Positions 59,895 to 64,000 of a stretch of 64,000 nt of DNA are shown in pieces. Both the position numbers and the translations under genes were made by a program. How positions within the stretch are numbered: position 1 is the stretch's first letter; every line of letters begins with the position of its first letter. Origin of the DNA: Zygnema circumcarinatum SAG 698-1b (Eukaryota; Plantae; Zygnematophyceae); assembly GCA_037447605.1 (NCBI GenBank), contig CM074821.1:2035550-2099549 (forward strand), in the 5' to 3' direction. Under the pieces are notes generated by a model that worked only from the letters and a program-made list of their open reading frames with translations, searched no databases and was not told where the DNA came from.

Positions 59895-62871
59895 GCCATG
59901 AGCCACGAGCCACAAGCCACGAGCCACGAGCCACGAGCAACGAGCCACGAGCAACGAGCCACGAGCTACGAGCCATGAGCCACAAGCCACAAGCCACGAG
60001 CCATGAGCCATGAGCCACGATTCATGAGCCACGAGCCATGAGCCATGAGCCCTGAGCCACGAGCCACGAGCCACGAGCCACGAGCCACGAGCCATGAGCC
60101 ATGAGCCTTGAGCCACGAGCAACGAGCCACGAGCAACGAGCCACTAGCCACGAGGCACGAGCCACGAGCCACGAGCCAGGAGCCACGAGGCACGAGGCAC
60201 GTGCCACGAGCCACGAGCCATGAGCCACGAGCCATGAGCCACGAGCCACGAGCCATAGCCACGAGCCACGAGCCATGAGCCATGAGCCATGAGCCATGAG
60301 CCACGAGCCACGAGAGCCACGAGCCACGAGCCACGAGCCACGAGCCACGAGCCAGAGCCACGAGCCACACGAGCCACGAGCCACGAGCCACGAGAGCCAT
60401 GAGCCACGAGCCACGAGCCACGAGCCACGAGCAACGAGCCACGAGCAACGAGCCACGAGCAACGAGCCACGAGCAACAACGAGCCACGAGCCACGAGCCA
60501 TGAGCCACGAGCCACGAGGCACGAGGCACGAGGCACGAGGCGAGGCACGAGGCACGAGGCACGAGGCGAGGCACGAGGCACGAGGCACGAGGCGAGGCAC
60601 GAGGCACGAGGCACGAGGCACGAAGCAACAGGCACGAGGCACGCAGGCACGCAGGCACGCAGGCGCAGGCACGCAGGCGCAGGCACGCAGGCACGCAGGC
60701 ACGCAGGCACGAGGCACGCAGGCACGAGGCACGCAGGCACGCAGGCACGAGGCACGCAGGCACGCAGGCGCAGGCACGCAGGCGCAGGCACGCAGGCACG
60801 CAGGCGCAGGCACGCAGGCACGAGGCACGCAGGCACGCAGGCGCAGGCACGCAGGCGCAGGCACGCAGGCACGAGGCACGCAGGCACGCAGGCACGAGGC
60901 ACGCAGGCACGCAGGCGCAGGCACGCAGGCGCAGGCACGCAGGCACGCAGGCACGCAGGCACGAGGCACGCAGGCGCAGGCACGCAGGCGCAGGCACGCA
61001 GGCGCAGGCACGCAGGCACGCAGGCACGAGGCACGCAGGCACGCAGGCACGCAGGCACGCAGGCGCAGGCACGCAGGCGCAGGCACGCAGGCACGCAGGC
61101 ACGCAGGCACGAGGCACGCAGGCGCAGGCACGCAGGCGCAGGCACGCAGGCACGAGGCACGCAGGCACGAGGCACGCAGGCGCAGGCACGCAGGCGCAGG
61201 CACGCAGGCGCAGGCACGCAGGCACGCAGGCACGCAGGCACGAGGCACGCAGGCACGCAGGCACGCAGGCACGAGGCACGAGGCACGCAGGCACGCAGGC
61301 GCAGGCACGCAGGCACGCAGGCGCAGGCACGCAGGCGCAGGCACGCAGGCGCAGGCACGCAGGCACGCAGGCACGCAGGCACGAGGCACGCAGGCACGCA
61401 GGCGCAGGCACGCAGGCGCAGGCACGCAGGCACGAGGCACGCAGGCACGCAGGCACGCAGGCACGCAGGCGCAGGCACGCAGGCGCAGGCACGCAGGCGC
61501 AGGCACGCAGGCACGCAGGCGCAGGCACGCAGGCACGAGGCACGCAGGCACGCAGGCGCAGGCACGCAGGCACGCAGGCACGCAGGCGCAGGCACGCAGG
61601 CACGCAGGCACGCAGGCGCAGGCACGCAGGCGCAGGCACGCAGGCACGAGGCACGAGGCACGAGGCACGAGGCACGAGGCACGAGGCACGAGGCACGAGG
61701 CACGAGGCACGAGGCACGAGGCACGAGGCAGGCAGGCGAGGCACGAGGCACGAGGCGAGGCACGAGGCACGAGGCGAGGCACGAGGCACGAGGCACGAGG
61801 CACGAGGCACGAGGCACGAGGCACGAGGCACGAGGCACGAGGCACGCAGGCACGCAGGCGCAGGCACGCAGGCACGCAGGCACGAGGCACGAGGCACGCA
61901 GGCACGCAGGCGCAGGCACGCAGGCACGCAGGCACGCAGGCGCAGGCACGCAGGCGCAGGCACGCAGGCACGCAGGCGCAGGCACGCAGGCACGCAGGCG
62001 CAGGCACGCAGGCGCAGGCACGCAGGCACGCAGGCGCAGGCACGCAGGCACGAGGCACGCAGGCACGAGGCACGCAGGCACGCAGGCGCAGGCACGCAGG
62101 CGCAGGCACGCAGGCACGAGGCACGCAGGCACGAGGCACGCAGGCACGAGGCACGCAGGCGCAGGCACGCAGGCACGAGGCACGCAGGCACGCAGGCACG
62201 CAGGCACGCAGGCGCAGGCACGCAGGCGCAGGCACGCAGGCGCAGGCACGCAGGCACGAGGCACGAGGCACGAGGCACGAGGCGAGGCACGAGGCACGAG
62301 GCACGAGGCACGAGGCACGAGGCACGAGGCACGAGGCACGAGGCACGAGGCACGAGGCACGAGGCGAGGCACGAGGCACGAGGCGAGGCACGAGGCACGA
62401 GGCACGAGGCACGAGGCACGAGGCACGAGGCGAGGCACGAGGCACGAGGCACGAGGCACGAGGCACGAGGCACGAGGCACGAGGCACGAGGCACGAGGCA
62501 CGAGGCACGAGGCACGAGGCACGAGGCACGAGGCACGAGGCACGAGGCACGAGGCGAGGCACGAGGCACGAGGCGAGGCACGAGGCACGAGGCACGAGGC
62601 ACGAGGCACGAGGCACGAGGCGAGGCACGAGGCACGAGGCACGAGGCACGAGGCACGAGGCACGAGGCACGAGGCACGAGGCACGCAGGCACGAGGCACG
62701 CAGGCACGAGGCACGCAGGCACGAGGCACGCAGGCACGCAGGCGCAGGCACGCAGGCACGCAGGCACGCAGGCACGCAGGCACGAGGCACGCAGGCGCAG
62801 GCACGCAGGCGCAGGCACGCAGGCACGAGGCACGAGGCGAGGCACGAGGCACTAGGCGAGGCACGAGGCAC
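59895..62871. repeat. ~3-kb composite satellite: GAGCCAC/GAGCCAT/GAGCAAC, then GAGGCAC, then GCAGGCAC/GCAGGC blocks
   Basis: Units read directly. Approximate blocks: 59895-60515 (GAGCCAC), 60516-60642 (GAGGCAC), 60643-61647 (GCAGGCAC mix), 61648-61845 (GAGGCAC), 61846-62257 (mix), 62258-62684 (GAGGCAC), 62685-62871 (mix). Confidence 0.95.
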
Positions 62872-63323
62872 TGTAGCGAAACGCTATACATGTGTTGTAT
62901 GGCCTAGTACTTATATCCGCGGTTGCCTTTTAATGGTAAAGCACAGGTGTGGATACCGGGAGGTCTTGTGTTCAAACCTTGCAGTTGGCAGGTTTGTTAC
63001 ATTGGTATCAGAGCCAGTGCCCGGTATTTGTAATCCACCCTAAAAACACCGTGATCTCACGAGCATGAATGCGGGAGGAGTCCTTAGTGGCTGAGGGGTA
63101 GGCGTGGCCACGTGTGTTGAAGGGCTTGAGCGGCTGCTTTCGTGAAAACCCTTGAGTCTTTCGAGGGGGCGAGCCGGTTTAGGTGGGGAGGAATGTAGCG
63201 AAACGCTATACATGTGTTGTATGGCCTAGTACTTACATCCGCGGTTGCCTTTTAATGGTAAAGCACTGGTGTGGGTACCGGGAGGTCTTGTGTTCAAACC
63301 TTGCAGTTGGCAGGTTTGTTACA
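62872..63323 (+). mobile_element. Terminal-repeat retrotransposon in miniature (TRIM) with tRNA-like sequence in its LTRs
   Basis: LTR1 62872-63001 and LTR2 63194-63323: 130 bp each, TGTAGC...GTTACA, 3 mismatches. PBS TGGTATCAGAGCCAG at 63003-63017 is complementary to the initiator tRNA-Met 3' end. PPT AGGTGGGGAGGAA at 63181-63193. The internal region is 192 bp with no pol coding. No matching TSD (GGCAC vs ATTTG). Confidence 0.92.
62918..62990 (+). other. Degenerate tRNA-like cassette (Pol III A/B box) inside LTR1; second copy at 63240-63312
   Basis: 73 nt. D-arm CTTT-TAATGGT-AAAG, variable-loop-like GAGGTC, B-box GTTCAAAC, 3' end AGTTGGCA. The anticodon and T stems pair poorly, so this is not a functional tRNA. 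Confidence 0.65.
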
Positions 63324-63360
63324 ATTTGTTGTACCTTTTTCCTGTGACTTATTGAATATT

Positions 63361-63816
63361 ATGGGCCGGCAGCCCCTTGAGTCTGATATTTTTGTTTTGC
63401 ATTGCCCGGAATATTTGAATGACTCTTTGTTCTCCCTCTCCACCCGGATGACCTCTCTTGAGTTTTCTGTTGCGCAATGGAATGAACCTGCTGAAATCTG
63501 GATTCTGAACCCTACTGGAGCTACCGATCTGTTTGATAGTGTCCTTGATGCCCTCCGACGGGGGCGCCCTTCAAAGATGGTGTCGGCTTTGCACATCTTG
63601 CTTCCGCAGCACGTCCCCATCACTTGTTTCGGCCACGCCCATTGGAAAGTGGTACGGATTTGGCGGAAGGGTCACACGTTCGTGTGCTGGGACGACTCAG
63701 GACACGGCACCTCTTGCACGCTTCCGTTCCCAGTCCTTTGGCGCATGGCACGTCCCGATAAGTTGGTTGTATACTTTCGGATCCATGTTTTACGGCCGAT
63801 CCCGCGATTGCCATGA
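63361..63816 (+). pseudogene. Possible degenerate retroelement-type DNA N6-adenine methyltransferase-like ORF (151 aa)
   Basis: The pattern FSVAQWNEPAEIWILNPTG...VLDALRRG...SALHILLP...WKVVRIWRKGHTF...PFPV resembles, from memory, Dam-like domains of DIRS-type retroelements (FSxxWxxExxWxNPP[FY]). The catalytic motif is changed to NPTG. Not confirmed by search. Confidence 0.3.
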
Positions 63817-64000
63817 CCTTTTACGGGGTTGTGGAAGTAGACTATCATCGCCTTGTTGATTGAGCGGCGATAATTTTACGAACTCTTAGTTTGTTAAGAT
63901 GACTTCCCTTGTCGCTTCGCAGACCACTCCGTCTGATCCGCGTTGATAATTAAGTAAAGGCGAATCTCGATTGTGTGACCCGCATTGCCGGATTGATCTT

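Noticed and set aside
59521-59901. KEG-repeat ORF (KEGKEGKEG)
   Set aside because: Translation of the 9-mer array, with no other coding support.
62918-62990. Functional tRNA gene (e.g. His, GTG)
   Set aside because: The anticodon and T stems are mispaired and both copies lie inside LTRs. It is treated as a tRNA-derived promoter instead.
59966-63043. Four 915-959-aa ORFs (ACVPR/HEARGTR repeats)
   Set aside because: They are translations of the satellite, whose units lack stop codons. Being open in three frames of one strand at once indicates non-coding repeat.
59895-63323. CRISPR-like array
   Set aside because: There are no unique spacers between constant repeats and no cas genes. The context is eukaryotic satellite and LTR DNA.

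Overview
Intron-rich, GC-rich eukaryotic nuclear DNA. The gene set and protein motifs resemble land-plant orthologues, and the introns and promoters are dense in microsatellites; a streptophyte green alga is my inference. Seven spliced genes can be reconstructed by hand: thylakoid TERC (minus strand, runs off the left edge), APC7, a small unknown protein built of AP[FYW]xT motifs, a very long PIE1/SWR1 chromatin remodeller, tocopherol cyclase VTE1, RFT1, and a GH2 (LacZ-type) beta-galactosidase. A divergent GT34-like glycosyltransferase makes an eighth. Two non-autonomous DNA transposons (one pogo/Tc1-like, one hAT-like) lie between genes. The last ~5.5 kb is accessory: a degenerate telomere-like tract, a 9-mer array, and a 3-kb satellite whose unit changes stepwise. 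These are followed by an intact 452-bp miniature LTR retrotransposon (TRIM) whose 130-bp LTRs contain a tRNA-like Pol III promoter, then a possible degenerate adenine-methyltransferase-like ORF. Most entries in the ORF track are artefacts of repeats or of GC-rich antisense frames. All homology calls come from my recognition of motifs; no database search was run.
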